A stretch of DNA of 63,572 bases, the filler included, from Octopus bimaculoides (Eukaryota), in the NCBI RefSeq assembly GCF_001194135.2. It is 10 parts of 8 records of this genome, joined end to end, with 100 filler letters (N's around TTAATTAATTAA, not from the genome) between each part and the next. Parts side by side here need not be neighbours in the genome. Positions count along the whole stretch, not along the records: positions 57,013 to 63,572 come from NC_069005.1; 9 more parts are not named here. One strand, written 5' to 3'. The notes beneath the pieces were generated by a model, which saw only the letters and a program-made list of their open reading frames with translations, searched no databases and had not been told where the DNA came from. Within the stretch, counting starts at the first letter, position 1. Each line of letters starts with the position of its first letter. The translations under genes were made by a program, and so were the position numbers. Positions 61,910 to 63,572 of the stretch are shown here, one piece after another.

Positions 61910-62712
61910 CCCCATTTATTTGAAATGACTATCACATAACTTTCTCGTGTTCCTCCCCTAACTCCAACTTTGTCATCCACCTACCTCTGTTCCGGAATTG
62001 ACTTTCCATCTTCTATTCATTACTGAGGGCCCATGTCTTTTTAGTTGGATTAAGAAAGTTCAAATTAGTCAAAATTTGTGGAATACTTCTAGATTTGAAT
62101 TCCCTAGCCAATGATCTACTTTGCCCAGACTGCAGCACCGACCCGGACGAGCAACTTTTATGAGCTTTAGGCCGGCTCAATCGAGTGAACCAAATTGCGT
62201 AGATAGAAACTACGATGAACTGAACCTCAAACGTCTACCTGTGTCCCCATTAGCTAGGAATTACATTAAGGTACACGTGTCTACAGAATACTCAGCTGCA
62301 TAAACACTAATTCAGTGGGTTGGTAGTTTAATTAATTGAACAGCGGAAAATTCTTCGTCGTAACCGAGGGAAATCCATTTCTTAATATTTCATATATGCA
62401 TAGCTAGAGATACCTTTAAAAGACAAAATGAAAAACGGGTTTTTCAGGGTTTGAATGCTTTTGGATGGGTTGATGTAGGGCGAAACAACTACAGTAACAA
62501 CAAAAACTTCCAAGTGACGGGATATCACCACAAAAATGTTCACAGAATCCTATCTGTTTGTACTTTCATATTTGCACGAGAACCCCTGGTTTGTCTTATC
62601 TAAATGTTCTCCACTTACACAGTCATTGCTTGTATGTATATATGTGTAGCAATGTAACCACATACGTGCTGTTGGCGATTACTTTTCCTTCTTTGGACTT
62701 TTTCCTTTCTCC

Positions 62713-62745
62713 TTTCCGATGAAGAGCTATGCTCGAAACGTCAAA
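62713..62745 (+). ncRNA. Minimal type I hammerhead motif (U4-to-C core change), same family as 28048-28084
   Basis: UUU-CCGAUGA-A-GAGC(UAU)GCUC-GAAAC-GUC-AAA. Confidence 0.6.
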
Positions 62746-63572
62746 CTCTCTCTTTTCACCGTGCGTCAAGCTAATACATTTCTTGTTCATCTCTTCTCGT
62801 TGTCCGTTAATTTCACTCGTTTATTTGAATTGATCGTTTATTCGAATTAACTATATATGTGTGTGTGTGTATGTGTTACATACATACATACAGTAGCATC
62901 CGCACCAAGCGGTGGTGAGAAGTAAATGAACTTTATGCTAGTTAGAATAGTTTTAGACATATTTGAATTTCTAAAGGCAACTTCACTGCAATTACAGTGG
63001 AGAAAATTCTCTCACAACTGCTTCGGGCTGATGATGCTCTTTTTATTCCAGTAACGCAACTCAGTCACCGATGGCATTTGTTTATAGTTAAAGCAACGCC
63101 TTTGAATCTACGAAGGATTATCTTTGATCGGTATTTCCCATTGATGGCGGGAAAATGGCCAGAAATGTGCGTATGAGAATAAGCGAGAGGGAAGCACTAG
63201 ACAGATAGGGTGTTTTTATACCTTTTGCCATAAGAGAGAATTCTTTCGTATGGTAACTGCAATGAATTTGCGTTTAGAAGTTGAAATGTGTTACAAATAT
63301 ATTTTAACTAACGTAAAATTCATACGCACACCAAAACACACACACACATGTATATGTATATGTATTTACTCATACATTCTTATAAATGTGTGAGTATGCG
63401 TGAAATTTATCTCACCTTCTGATCTAAGGTTTCTAACTATTATCATGTCATGGCTTGTCTTCCTCCTCTGAGCGTAAGGAAAGCTTTAATAAACTTATCT
63501 TGTAAGGCATTTAGTAATCCACCAGATTTATATACATACATACACATATATATGTTATATGCATATATATAT

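Noticed and set aside
1-63572. Most ORFs in the supplied track (YIYI, THTH, CVCV, MYVC, LSLS, YLSI repeats and X-filled ORFs)
   Set aside because: They are translations of (TA)n, (CA)n, (CATA)n, (CT)n and (GATA)n microsatellites or of N gaps; no coding evidence.

Overview
AT-rich, microsatellite-dense, gap-ridden animal genomic DNA. The SINE families and (CATA)n/(TA)n/(CA)n/(GATA)n load point to an octopus/cephalopod (inference). The window is not one continuous locus: nine 100-bp spacers (44 N + TTAATTAATTAA + 44 N) join ten separately assembled segments. The only convincing host-gene sequence is two in-phase proline-rich exons on the minus strand (31475-31374 and 29759-29589), SF1-like but unconfirmed. 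Everything else recognisable is transposon debris: many tRNA-derived SINEs, RTE and CR1/L2-type LINE fragments, a near-full-length decayed Dong/R4-clade element bounded by TAA, Tc1/mariner remnants, Helitron ends, a Gypsy integrase tail plus LTR, a piggyBac-type MITE, foldback elements and Penelope-type minimal hammerhead motifs. The most notable observation is five fragments of R4-clade (RT plus restriction-like endonuclease) non-LTR retrotransposons with seven junctions, both 3' ends and 5' truncation points, in (CATA)n in one orientation. This suggests a (CATA)n-microsatellite-targeting retrotransposon lineage. All calls come from reading the sequence by eye; no database searches were run, and repeat boundaries are approximate unless a junction is quoted.
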